Source: an uncultured Sphingobacteriales bacterium (lineage in GTDB: Bacteria > Bacteroidota > Bacteroidia > CAILMK01 > CAYYUA01). From it: 64,000 nt of DNA. How positions within the stretch are numbered: the stretch's first letter is position 1; each line of letters begins with the position of its first letter. The DNA is taken from contig CAYYUA010000004.1 in assembly GCA_964474835.1 (NCBI GenBank), positions 33,848 to 97,847 of the forward strand. Reading direction: 5' to 3'. Under the pieces are notes generated by a model. That model did no database searches and had not been told where the DNA came from. It saw only the letters and a program-made list of their open reading frames with translations. Of this stretch, positions 1-8,944 are shown piece by piece. Both the position numbers and the translations under genes were made by a program.

Positions 1-1043
1 AAGGATATAACTGCGGCTTTATCAGAAGACTGCCCAATAACCTGTAGTCCATCTACTGAGCGAAGGGCAGCCGTTGCGTATTCCAGTAGCTCCTTCTCGT
101 AGGACTGAATAGCCTCCCGGCCAATACCTTCAACATACTCAACAGCGCGGCCAAAGGCGATCGTATCGGCAATGTTCGGGGTTCCGGCCTCGAGCTTTAG
201 CGGAACTTCATTGTAGCTGGTCTTTTCGAAAGTCACCGTATCGATCATATCGCCTCCACCCTGGTAAGGTGGCATAGCGTCCAGCACATCGTACTTTCCG
301 TAAAGGATGCCGATCCCGGTTGGACCGAAGATCTTATGGGCGGACATAACATAGAAGTCACAGTCCAGATCCTGAACGTCAACCGGCATGTGCATGGGTG
401 CCTGAGCACCATCTATCAGGACAGCAGCTCCCTTGGCGTGCGCACGGTCAACCAAGTAGCGGGCCGGGTTTACCGTACCCAGTGTATTGGAAACGTGAAT
501 AAAAGCGACCATCTTGGTCCGGTCGCTAAGCTTAGCCTCAAAGTCATCGAGGTCGATGTCACCTTCATCGGTAACGTCAGCCACCTTCAGGGTTGCACCT
601 TGCTCTTCACAGAGCATCTGCCAGGGGACAATGTTGGAGTGATGCTCCATACCAGTGATGAGCACCTCATCACCTTCCTTTACATTCTGCTTACCGTGGG
701 TTTGGGCTACCAGGTTGATCCCTTCGGTAGTACCCCTTACAAACACCATTTCTTCCTTGTACTGAGCATTGAAGAAGTGCTGAAGCTTACCCCTTACCTG
801 CTCATAAGATTCACTGGCCTGTTGGCTCAGGCTGTGGATACCACGGTGTACATTACTGTTAACTTGGGTGTAGTACCAATTCAGGGTATCTATGACCTGT
901 TGCGGCTTCTGCGTTGTAGCTGCATTATCGAGGTAAGCAAGGGGCTTCCCATTCACTTCTTGGTCAAGGATGGGAAAGTCCTTTCGGTATTGCTCCACAT
1001 TCAGCTCTTTTGCCTGAGCTGATAACGTCTCTGCCTTACTCAT
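1..1043 (-). CDS. sufS: Cysteine desulfurase SufS (class V aminotransferase); the 3' end of the gene runs off the window edge
   Basis: The minus-strand frame starting at ATG 1043..1041 translates to MSKAETLSAQAKELNVEQYRKDFPILDQEVNGKPLAYLDNAATTQKP..., the canonical SufS N-terminus. It overlaps the sufD stop by 1 nt and is the last gene of sufBCDS. The + strand ORF 336..1022 is its antisense shadow. Confidence 0.85.
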   Translation of the reverse strand, partial: MSKAETLSAQAKELNVEQYRKDFPILDQEVNGKPLAYLDNAATTQKPQQVIDTLNWYYTQVNSNVHRGIHSLSQQASESYEQVRGKLQHFFNAQYKEEMVFVRGTTEGINLVAQTHGKQNVKEGDEVLITGMEHHSNIVPWQMLCEEQGATLKVADVTDEGDIDLDDFEAKLSDRTKMVAFIHVSNTLGTVNPARYLVDRAHAKGAAVLIDGAQAPMHMPVDVQDLDCDFYVMSAHKIFGPTGIGILYGKYDVLDAMPPYQGGGDMIDTVTFEKTSYNEVPLKLEAGTPNIADTIAFGRAVEYVEGIGREAIQSYEKELLEYATAALRSVDGLQVIGQSSDKAAVIS

Positions 1044-2380
1044 TAAAAGTCTATTTTCAGCTTGTTAGCAACTAAGTTGTTGAAATAATCCTTCACTTCT
1101 TCAATGTCCACATATGCGATCACCTCGGCAGCAAACGCATACACCAGCAGGGATTGAGCAGTTTCGTAATCAATGCCGCGTGCACGCATGTAGAAGAGCT
1201 GGTTCTCATCCAGCTGGCCGGAAGTAGCTCCGTGACTGCATTTAACATCATCCGCCCATATCTCCAGCTGTGGCTTAGCATTCACCGTAGCCTTATCGTC
1301 TAACAGGATGTTCCGGTTAGACTGATACGCATTGGTCTGCTGAGCGTGAGGGCGAACAAACACCTTACCATTGAAGACACTGACTGACCGGTCATCCACA
1401 ATGCCCTTGTAGAGCTCATTGCTTTCACAGCGCGGGACTTTGTGGTCAACAATGGTGTGATTATCGGCAAACTGTTTCCCATCAGTCAGATAGAGCCCGT
1501 AAAGGTTAGTTTCGCAATTCTCACCATTCACCCGGTAGTTGGTATTATTCCGGGTAAAGCCATTGCCGAGGGTAACCGTGTAATTGCTTATCGTACTATC
1601 CTGCTCCTGCGCCATCTCGATCTGTGATACCTGGTAAGCATTCAGTTGATCATTCTGAAGCTTGTAGTGCTTCAGGTGCGCATTAGGCGCTACATGGCCT
1701 TCGATGGTGTAATTCAGGAAGCTGTTGTTATCCCCTAAAGTATGGAAGTTCTCAATAACCTTTAGTTCAGCACTTTGCTCCAGGACCCAGAGGTTCCGGG
1801 GCTGAATGAACAGGTTCTGATCATTCACATCGTGGATGTGCAGAATCTGAACCGGGTATTCTGGTGCTTTATTTTTCGATACATGGATCACAACCCCATC
1901 ATCGATGAAAGCTGTGCTGAGTGCAGAAATGCCATCCTGCGTGTAATCGAGGTACTGCCCGATGTATTGTTGCACAAACTGCGGAGCCTCTACCTGAGCC
2001 TGACGAAGACTACGGATGTATACCTGGTCTTCTCCGTCAATAAGTTGCGAGTGCTCATCAGAATAGCGGCCGTTGATCAGCACTACCAAGTTGGTAGTGA
2101 TGTCTGAAACGCGGGCCTGATCGATTGTTTCCTGGGAAACATTGGGCTTGGCGACCTGATGGCCCAGGTAATAATCGGGCTTCAGAACGTTCTTGAGGCT
2201 TGTGTATTTCCAGTCTTCAATTTTAACGTGAGGAAACCCTAACTGCTCAAAGTATTGGATTGCGTCTTCCCGTACAGGTTTCAGGGTTTCGCGGGTCCCG
2301 TTCAGTTGCGTTTCAAAGTTGTTAAACTCGGAAACCCATTGCTCTTTAAGGTCCTCGCGAACGACAGGCTTTCTCTTCAT
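1043..2380 (-). CDS. sufD: Fe-S cluster assembly protein SufD
   Basis: A 445-aa ORF between sufC and sufS; the beta-helix SufB/SufD family C-terminus (…LFYMRARGIDYETAQSLLVYAFAAEV…) is recognisable. Confidence 0.8.
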   Translation of the reverse strand: MKRKPVVREDLKEQWVSEFNNFETQLNGTRETLKPVREDAIQYFEQLGFPHVKIEDWKYTSLKNVLKPDYYLGHQVAKPNVSQETIDQARVSDITTNLVVLINGRYSDEHSQLIDGEDQVYIRSLRQAQVEAPQFVQQYIGQYLDYTQDGISALSTAFIDDGVVIHVSKNKAPEYPVQILHIHDVNDQNLFIQPRNLWVLEQSAELKVIENFHTLGDNNSFLNYTIEGHVAPNAHLKHYKLQNDQLNAYQVSQIEMAQEQDSTISNYTVTLGNGFTRNNTNYRVNGENCETNLYGLYLTDGKQFADNHTIVDHKVPRCESNELYKGIVDDRSVSVFNGKVFVRPHAQQTNAYQSNRNILLDDKATVNAKPQLEIWADDVKCSHGATSGQLDENQLFYMRARGIDYETAQSLLVYAFAAEVIAYVDIEEVKDYFNNLVANKLKIDF

Positions 2381-2430
2381 AATTAACAGCGCATTTAAGT
2401 TAAGTGAAAATCCATCAGTTTAAAGACTTG

Positions 2431-3186
2431 TTAATCCTGATCGATCTCAGTCTTTAGCCAGTCGTAACCTTTTTCTTCGAGCTCATAGGCCAGATCCTTG
2501 TCGCCTGACTTCACAACCTGTCCATCGTAAAGGACGTGTACATAATCCGGTACAATATGGTTAAGGAGTCGCTGATAGTGCGTAATGATAACGAAAGCAT
2601 TGTCATTGGAGCTTAGCTGATTAACGCCATTGGCAACCGTCTTCAGCGCGTCAATATCCAGCCCGGAGTCTGTCTCATCCATGATGGAAAGCTTCGGCTC
2701 CATCAGGGCCATTTGCAGGATTTCGTTCCGCTTCTTTTCACCGCCGGAAAACCCTTCATTCACGGCCCGCTTCATCATCTGGTCATCGATACCGACCATC
2801 TTGGCCTTTTCCCGCATGAGCTTCAGGAAATCAGCGGATTTCATTTCTTCTTTGCCCTGAGCCTTACGGATCTCGTTTACTGACTGCTTCATGAAGTTGG
2901 TCATCGTCACGCCGGGGATTTCCACCGGGTACTGAAAGGCCAGGAAAAGGCCGGCCCGGGCCCGTTCTTCAGGCTCCATTTCCAGAAGCTGCTGGTTATC
3001 GAAAAGCACCTCTCCCTCTTCGATCTCGTAATCCTCACGACCCGTCAGGACCGATGCAAGCGTGCTTTTACCGGAACCGTTCGGCCCCATGATCGCGTGG
3101 ATCTCTCCGGGTTTGACTTCCATGTCAACGCCCTTTAGTATTTGATTGCCTTCAATAGAGGCCTTAAGGTTTTTTACGCTTAACAT
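2431..3186 (-). CDS. sufC: Fe-S cluster assembly ATPase SufC
   Basis: 251 aa with Walker A GPNGSGKST, the ABC signature, and the SufC-typical MLSVKNLKASIEGNQILKGV N-terminus. Confidence 0.9.
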   Translation of the reverse strand: MLSVKNLKASIEGNQILKGVDMEVKPGEIHAIMGPNGSGKSTLASVLTGREDYEIEEGEVLFDNQQLLEMEPEERARAGLFLAFQYPVEIPGVTMTNFMKQSVNEIRKAQGKEEMKSADFLKLMREKAKMVGIDDQMMKRAVNEGFSGGEKKRNEILQMALMEPKLSIMDETDSGLDIDALKTVANGVNQLSSNDNAFVIITHYQRLLNHIVPDYVHVLYDGQVVKSGDKDLAYELEEKGYDWLKTEIDQD

Positions 3187-3280
3187 AACTTAGTATAATT
3201 ATTTACTGCTTTCTACAAACAAGGATAGGACGCCATGGCTAACTCAATAGCCATGGCATCAGGTATGGGTAGTTTGGAAC

Positions 3281-4735
3281 TTAGCCTACGCTGCCTTCAA
3301 GGCTTACAGCCAGAAGGTTACGGGCTTCAACGGCAAACTCCATCGGGAGCTTGTCTAACACTTCTTTAGCATAGCCATTCACGATCATGGCTGTAGCGGT
3401 TTCTTCATCAATACCGCGTTGCTGGAAGTAGAACATCATGTCTTCCCCGATCTTGGAGGTTGTAGCCTCGTGCTCTACTGTTGAGGACTTGTTGTCAACT
3501 TCCAGATACGGAAAGGTATGGGCACCACAGTGGTCAGTCAGCAAGAGGGAATCACACTCTGAGAAATTCTTGCTGTTAGTGGCATTCTTACCAAACTTCA
3601 CCAGACCACGGTAGCTGTTCTGGCTGGATCCGGCTGAAATACCCTTGGAGATCACGCGGCTCTTCGTATTCTTACCAAAGTGCTGCATCTTGGTGCCAGT
3701 GTCGGCTTGTTGAGCACCTGCTGTGAGCGCTACGCTGTAGAATTCACCAGCAGAGTTATCGCCCTTCAATACACAGCTCGGGTACTTCCAGGTAACAGCT
3801 GAACCAGTTTCTACCTGTGTCCAGGAGATCTTGGAATTATCACCAGCTGCCAGGCCACGCTTGGTTACGAAGTTGTAAACGCCACCTTTACCGAAAGCAT
3901 CACCTGGGTACCAGTTCTGGATAGTGGAGTACTTGACCTCAGCGTTCTTGTGAGCATAAATCTCTACAACAGCTGCGTGAAGCTGATTTTCATCCCGCTG
4001 CGGTGCTGTACAACCTTCCAGGTAACTGACGTAACTGTCTTCATCAGCGATGATGAGGGTACGCTCAAACTGACCGGTTTCCTCAGCATTGATGCGGAAG
4101 TAGGTCGAAAGTTCCATCGGGCAGGTAACACCCTTCGGAACGTAAACGAAAGAGCCATCACTGAATACCGCTGAGTTAAGCGCAGCAAAGTAATTATCGG
4201 AGTGCGGAATTACACTGCCCAGGTACTGCTGTACAAGCTCGGGATAGTTTTGCACAGCCTCACTGATAGAGCAAAAGATGACGCCAGCTTCAGCAAGGGT
4301 TTCCTTGAAAGTGGTGTAAACCGACTCACTATCCATCACAGCATCTACTGCTACACCAGTGAGCGCCTTTTGCTCTTCAAGCGGAATTCCAAGCTTTTCG
4401 TAGGTCTTCAGAAGCTCCGGATCTACCTCATCAATGCTCTCAGGCTTCTTTTCATCGCTCTTACTAGGGGAGGCGTAGTAATAAATATCCTGAAAATCGA
4501 TGGGCGGGAACGCTACGTTCTGCCATTTAGGCATTTCGTCATTCAGCCAGTAGCGGAAAGCTTTCAAACGCTTTTCCAGCATCCATTCGGGCTCACCTTT
4601 CTTGTCCGAGATGAAGCGGATAATATCCTCGTTCAGCCCTTTGGGTGCAAATTCTTCCTCCACATTGGTTACCCAGCCGTGCTCGTACTCTCTCGAGGTA
4701 TACTTCTCTAGTAATTCGTTTTCAGATACTCCCAT
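3281..4735 (-). CDS. sufB: Fe-S cluster assembly scaffold SufB
   Basis: 484 aa with the canonical SufB C-terminal block (…[41 protein letters not shown]…). Confidence 0.9.
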   Translation of the reverse strand: MGVSENELLEKYTSREYEHGWVTNVEEEFAPKGLNEDIIRFISDKKGEPEWMLEKRLKAFRYWLNDEMPKWQNVAFPPIDFQDIYYYASPSKSDEKKPESIDEVDPELLKTYEKLGIPLEEQKALTGVAVDAVMDSESVYTTFKETLAEAGVIFCSISEAVQNYPELVQQYLGSVIPHSDNYFAALNSAVFSDGSFVYVPKGVTCPMELSTYFRINAEETGQFERTLIIADEDSYVSYLEGCTAPQRDENQLHAAVVEIYAHKNAEVKYSTIQNWYPGDAFGKGGVYNFVTKRGLAAGDNSKISWTQVETGSAVTWKYPSCVLKGDNSAGEFYSVALTAGAQQADTGTKMQHFGKNTKSRVISKGISAGSSQNSYRGLVKFGKNATNSKNFSECDSLLLTDHCGAHTFPYLEVDNKSSTVEHEATTSKIGEDMMFYFQQRGIDEETATAMIVNGYAKEVLDKLPMEFAVEARNLLAVSLEGSVG

Positions 4736-5058
4736 TGTTTTCCTGTTTTTGGTTCAGTTCACACACAACAGCTTGTTCTTCGCTCATTCTCACGCTTCTT
4801 AACGCTGATGGTCAGCGTGTGTTTAAGCGCTTTTGCAAATTTCTGAAAAAACAAGCAATACCTAAAACATGGTATTCTAAAAATTCCCGCTTCGATGGTA
4901 CCCCACCCGGTTCAGGCAGCTTGCTGCCCAACCTTTGAGACGTGTAAAAAGCGGGAAAAGTTCGCAGTTGATAATTATTATTGCTTAGTAAGCTTAGCCA
5001 TCCTTTAAGCAAAATTCCAGCCAGTGTAATTTTCAACGAAGGGTAAAATCACAGGCAG

Positions 5059-6606
5059 TCACACGCCAAACTGAATACCCTGAGCCAGCGGCATTTCGGA
5101 GCCGTAATTAATGGTGTTGGTCTGCCGGCGCATGTAGTTCTTCCAGGCATCGGAACCCGCCTCGCGGCTACCGCCTGTCACTTTTTCACCGCCAAAAGCT
5201 CCGCCAATTTCAGCTCCGGAAGTGGCTATGTTTACATTGGAGATCCCCACGTCCGAGCCGGCGGCTGACAGGTAGTGTTCGACTTCCTGAACATTCAGGG
5301 AAAACAGACCTGAGGATAATCCCTGAGGGACGTTGTTGTGGATCTGTAAAGCTTCTTCAAAGGTCTGGTAAGGGGTCAGGTAGAGCAGAGGGCCGAACGT
5401 TTCTTCCTGCAGCATTGGTGTGTCAGCAGCCGCTTCTGCAATAGCAGGATTCACATAAAAACCCGCTTCACAGCCCGGCACTGTGACAGTTTCGCCACCC
5501 TGAACGATCTTTCCGCCCTGATGCTCTACAGTCTGTAAAGCCTGACGGAAATTATCCAGTGCCGCCTGGTCTATAAGAGGGCCGACCATCGTATTATCAT
5601 CCAGAGGATGACCTATCTGCAGCTGCTTGTAAGCATTGATCAGCTTGTGCTTAAAGTCTTCATAAACAGACTCATGGATAATAAGCCGTCTTGTGGAGGT
5701 ACAGCGTTGTCCAGCTGTTCCTACAGCCCCGAAAAGCACAGCCCTGAGTGCCATTTCCAGATCACCGTGCTGTGAGATGATAATGCCGTTATTGCCGCCC
5801 AGCTCGAGGATAGGCCGGCCGAAGCGCTCCTGTACCTTTGGCCCAACTTTCCGGCCCATTGCCACTGAGCCTGTAGCTGAGACAATGGGCAGCCGGGTGT
5901 CCGAAGCAATGCGATTGCCGATATCCGCATCGCCCGCTGCCAGGTTGAAAACGCCTTCCGGCACACCTTCCGCCTCCAGCACTTCCTGGATCAGGTTCTG
6001 GACAGCAATGGCACAAAGCGTGGATTTCTCACTGGGTTTCCAGATTACCGGATCGCCCGCTATGATGGCATTGAAGGTATTCCAGGAGTAGACGGCTACC
6101 GGAAAGTTGAAAGCTGTGATGATACCGACCGGCCCCATCGGGTGCCATTGCTCGAACATCCGGTGATTCGGCCGCTCAGACGCCATCGTGCGGCCGTACA
6201 TCATCCGCGACTGACCCACGCAAAAATCCGCCATGTCGATCATTTCCTGCACTTCACCTAACCCTTCCTGATAGATTTTACCGGCCTCCAGGGAGACCAG
6301 CGTTCCGAGGGCTTCCTTGTACGCCCGGAGCTTCAGGCCGATCTTCCGGATCACCTCGCCCCTCTCCGGTGGTGTAACTGTGCGCCAGTGATGAAAAGCC
6401 TCATTGGCTTTCTCAACCAGTTGCTCAAACTGATCGGCCGAAGCGGGCGTAAATGCAGCCAGCTGCTGGTTATCAGCCGGGGTGTGGCTACTGATCGGGC
6501 TTTCAGCTGCTGTACCGGCAAGCCACTTACGGCCGTTGCTAACGCCCCTATTGGTTTCGGCAATGCCGAGCGTAGTCAGGATTTCGCGGGTTTGTGCTTC
6601 GAACAT
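5059..6606 (-). CDS. ALDH7-family aldehyde dehydrogenase (alpha-aminoadipic semialdehyde / piperideine-6-carboxylate dehydrogenase type)
   Basis: 515 aa. It carries the motifs FGRPILELGGNNGIII, AVGTAGQRCTSTRRLIIHESVY, and the ALDH7-specific C-terminus VNIATSGAEIGGAFGGEKVTGGSREAGSDAWKNYMRRQTNTINY, which matches the human ALDH7A1 pattern. Confidence 0.85.
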   Translation of the reverse strand: MFEAQTREILTTLGIAETNRGVSNGRKWLAGTAAESPISSHTPADNQQLAAFTPASADQFEQLVEKANEAFHHWRTVTPPERGEVIRKIGLKLRAYKEALGTLVSLEAGKIYQEGLGEVQEMIDMADFCVGQSRMMYGRTMASERPNHRMFEQWHPMGPVGIITAFNFPVAVYSWNTFNAIIAGDPVIWKPSEKSTLCAIAVQNLIQEVLEAEGVPEGVFNLAAGDADIGNRIASDTRLPIVSATGSVAMGRKVGPKVQERFGRPILELGGNNGIIISQHGDLEMALRAVLFGAVGTAGQRCTSTRRLIIHESVYEDFKHKLINAYKQLQIGHPLDDNTMVGPLIDQAALDNFRQALQTVEHQGGKIVQGGETVTVPGCEAGFYVNPAIAEAAADTPMLQEETFGPLLYLTPYQTFEEALQIHNNVPQGLSSGLFSLNVQEVEHYLSAAGSDVGISNVNIATSGAEIGGAFGGEKVTGGSREAGSDAWKNYMRRQTNTINYGSEMPLAQGIQFGV

Positions 6607-6726
6607 AGGCTTTGGCTTGTTTTGCAGCCAAAACTAACAAATCACGGCTCAGCTTTTATGGCATGTGCCTGAGTTTGGCTAAAGTTTTGAGCTTTGAAAG
6701 TGAAAACAGCGTAAAACACAGCCTGA

Positions 6727-7896
6727 ATGACACGACTGACCACAAGAATAGGGGTTATTATACCAGCTTTGTTACTGCTTTTCACAAGCTGCTCTGAAGA
6801 GGATAAGCGAAACCAGACCGGCGGCCGGCGGCAGGTAGCTCAGGTACGCGATGATCAGTTCAAGCCAGAGTCGTCCGGCGGAGAGTTCAAAGTTCTGGTT
6901 ATCAATGACCAGATCCGCAGGGATTCAGCGCTTCAGGATGCTTTTGGCCAGGTATTTCGGGAGCCATATCCCGCACTGCCCCAGCCTGAGGCCTGGTTCA
7001 GGCCCTCCTACGTTAATGCTGATGGTTTTAATAAGCTACACAGACGGCACAAGAGTGTTCTGCTGACCTCCGTTATTCCTAATGATAAGCGGACTAACCG
7101 GCTGGCAGCCAACCATGTCTTTTCCCAGGGCGAGCTGCAGGAAATGACGAACACGAATGGCATTAGCATCCGGCACAAATGGGATGTTCACTCCGAGCCT
7201 CAGCTAATGATGATGGTGACGGCCCCATCGCGGGAAATTATGCGGGATAGCCTACCCTATTATGCGGATGAGATCCGCAAGTGGTTCAATAAGCAGGAGA
7301 ACCGCGCCATGCGCAAGCGGGTGTTTAGCGGTGGCACTAAAACCGCACTGGTCAGCCAGCTTAAAAATGAGCTGGACTACTACTTTTTACTGCCAATGGG
7401 CTATGAAAAAGAGATGACCTACTTCGATGAAGCTCCGGGTAATAAACTAAAAGCCAACGATCTGGATCATTTTGCCTGGTACAGCCTGGCGACCAATGAA
7501 ACGGTTCAGAATGTTATGACCTATACGACCCCTTTCGATGACTTCCTTATGACCAAGCAGGGGCTCATGCGCACCCGCAATCAGGTAACGAAGGCTTTTG
7601 TCAAGGGCACCAATGAGGATTCTTACGCTGCCATTGAGGACCGTTACACAGATGTTCCGCTGGATTTTGAAGAAACTACCATTAATGACCAGCAGGTGTA
7701 TGTGCTGAAGGGCCTCTGGCGGATGAAGAACGACTTCATGGGCGGGCCATTCCGGCTGTACGCCATTCCGGATAAAAGCCATGATCAGATCATCTTCATT
7801 GATGGCTTTGTTTACGCGGCCGGGGAGGATAAAAAGCCGCTGATGAAGCGCGTACAAGCGGTCATGCAATCGTTTAAATTGGATAAACCGAGCTGA
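6727..7896 (+). CDS. Hypothetical lipoprotein
   Basis: Signal peptide with lipobox LLLFTSC; 389 aa with no recognisable catalytic motif. Confidence 0.5.
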   Translation: MTRLTTRIGVIIPALLLLFTSCSEEDKRNQTGGRRQVAQVRDDQFKPESSGGEFKVLVINDQIRRDSALQDAFGQVFREPYPALPQPEAWFRPSYVNADGFNKLHRRHKSVLLTSVIPNDKRTNRLAANHVFSQGELQEMTNTNGISIRHKWDVHSEPQLMMMVTAPSREIMRDSLPYYADEIRKWFNKQENRAMRKRVFSGGTKTALVSQLKNELDYYFLLPMGYEKEMTYFDEAPGNKLKANDLDHFAWYSLATNETVQNVMTYTTPFDDFLMTKQGLMRTRNQVTKAFVKGTNEDSYAAIEDRYTDVPLDFEETTINDQQVYVLKGLWRMKNDFMGGPFRLYAIPDKSHDQIIFIDGFVYAAGEDKKPLMKRVQAVMQSFKLDKPS

Positions 7897-7974
7897 TGCC
7901 TCGGGCCCATCCCTACAGCCCTCCGCAGAGTTGCTCAAGCCTTCTAAATTCAGCTAACAGCTTAGCCATCCCTT

Positions 7975-8940
7975 TTACAACCGCTTAGCTGCAAAAAGGG
8001 GGTAGCCTTTTTGCCCATCGGCATTGTAAAAATCCCGGAACTGAAGCTTGTAATAAAAGCCCTTAGCATCCCTGACAATATAAACTTGCCCGGGATTTAT
8101 GGTGTAAGCACCGCTGCTAAAGTTGTAGGTCTTCCAATCAAAGCCGATCAGGTCCCGCCTGTTAGAAAGGGTTAGTTGCCGGGCATCAGACCGCTCAATG
8201 GCGGCAAATGCCCTGCTTGTATCCATGGCGGCCCTCGTTTCGTGCCGGTTAAGCAAAACCCCGGTTACGAGGTAAGGCCGGTAAGGATTGTAGAATATGT
8301 GGGTGTATTGGGTAAAAACCAAGTCATAGGCGTCTTTGGGAGGTTCAATCCGTTTCGTTTCATGGTCATCAAAGCTAAAGGCTACGGTGTTGTATTGCTG
8401 ATCCTTGGTAACCGTTCCCTCGTGAATGCGGCTCCTGTTCATGAAGCTATACTTAAAGCGAAAAGTTTGATCCTTAAGCGCTTTGAGCTGGAGTTTAACC
8501 ATTCCAAGGTCTTCACCACCCGGTCCGGTGCCGCGGTCGATCACATAGATATGACCCCCGGCCCATTGGGGATCAATGGCTAAGCTGTCAGCCCAACCAG
8601 CCGGATGATCAGGCCTGAAAGTATAGGCATCGGCATTGGCTACCGCATCCCAGTTTTTACGGCCGGTATAAGCAGCCTTCATGGCTGTGCTGGTATTCAG
8701 GAACACCTTCCGCGAACTATCCTCGCAATGAAAGGCCAGGTCCCAGTTCAATTTCGGGTTGGTACGCACTACCTCGTTATCGCTTAAGTCATACCAGATC
8801 TGTGTCCGGTATTCCGGCCCCATGGCCACTTGGCGGGTTTCTACTTCTCCGGTTTGGCGAGGTTCTACCGGCTTTTCTCCTTTTTGGCAAGCCCCTAATA
8901 GTGTACCCAGGCTAAGGGCTAAAGCTGTTATCCTCAGCAT
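7975..8940 (-). CDS. HmuY-like heme-binding lipoprotein
   Basis: Lipobox LLGAC; last gene of the heme locus, immediately downstream of the TonB-dependent receptor. It shares blocks with the second paralog at 15653..16972 (WYDL…W.LAF and IGFDWKTY…). Confidence 0.5.
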   Translation of the reverse strand: MLRITALALSLGTLLGACQKGEKPVEPRQTGEVETRQVAMGPEYRTQIWYDLSDNEVVRTNPKLNWDLAFHCEDSSRKVFLNTSTAMKAAYTGRKNWDAVANADAYTFRPDHPAGWADSLAIDPQWAGGHIYVIDRGTGPGGEDLGMVKLQLKALKDQTFRFKYSFMNRSRIHEGTVTKDQQYNTVAFSFDDHETKRIEPPKDAYDLVFTQYTHIFYNPYRPYLVTGVLLNRHETRAAMDTSRAFAAIERSDARQLTLSNRRDLIGFDWKTYNFSSGAYTINPGQVYIVRDAKGFYYKLQFRDFYNADGQKGYPLFAAKRL

Positions 8941-8944
8941 AGTG

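Noticed and set aside
336-1022. 228-aa ORF on the + strand
   Set aside because: It lies entirely antisense to the strongly supported sufS frame on the minus strand and has no recognisable domain. It is a shadow ORF.
4202-4711. 169-aa + strand ORF, with neighbouring short ORFs at 3950-4188
   Set aside because: Antisense to sufB, which has unmistakable family signatures. Spurious.
5693-6091. 132-aa ORF plus two overlapping minus-strand ORFs inside the ALDH gene
   Set aside because: They lie in other frames or antisense within a highly conserved ALDH7 gene. The GC-rich codon third positions generate open shadow frames.
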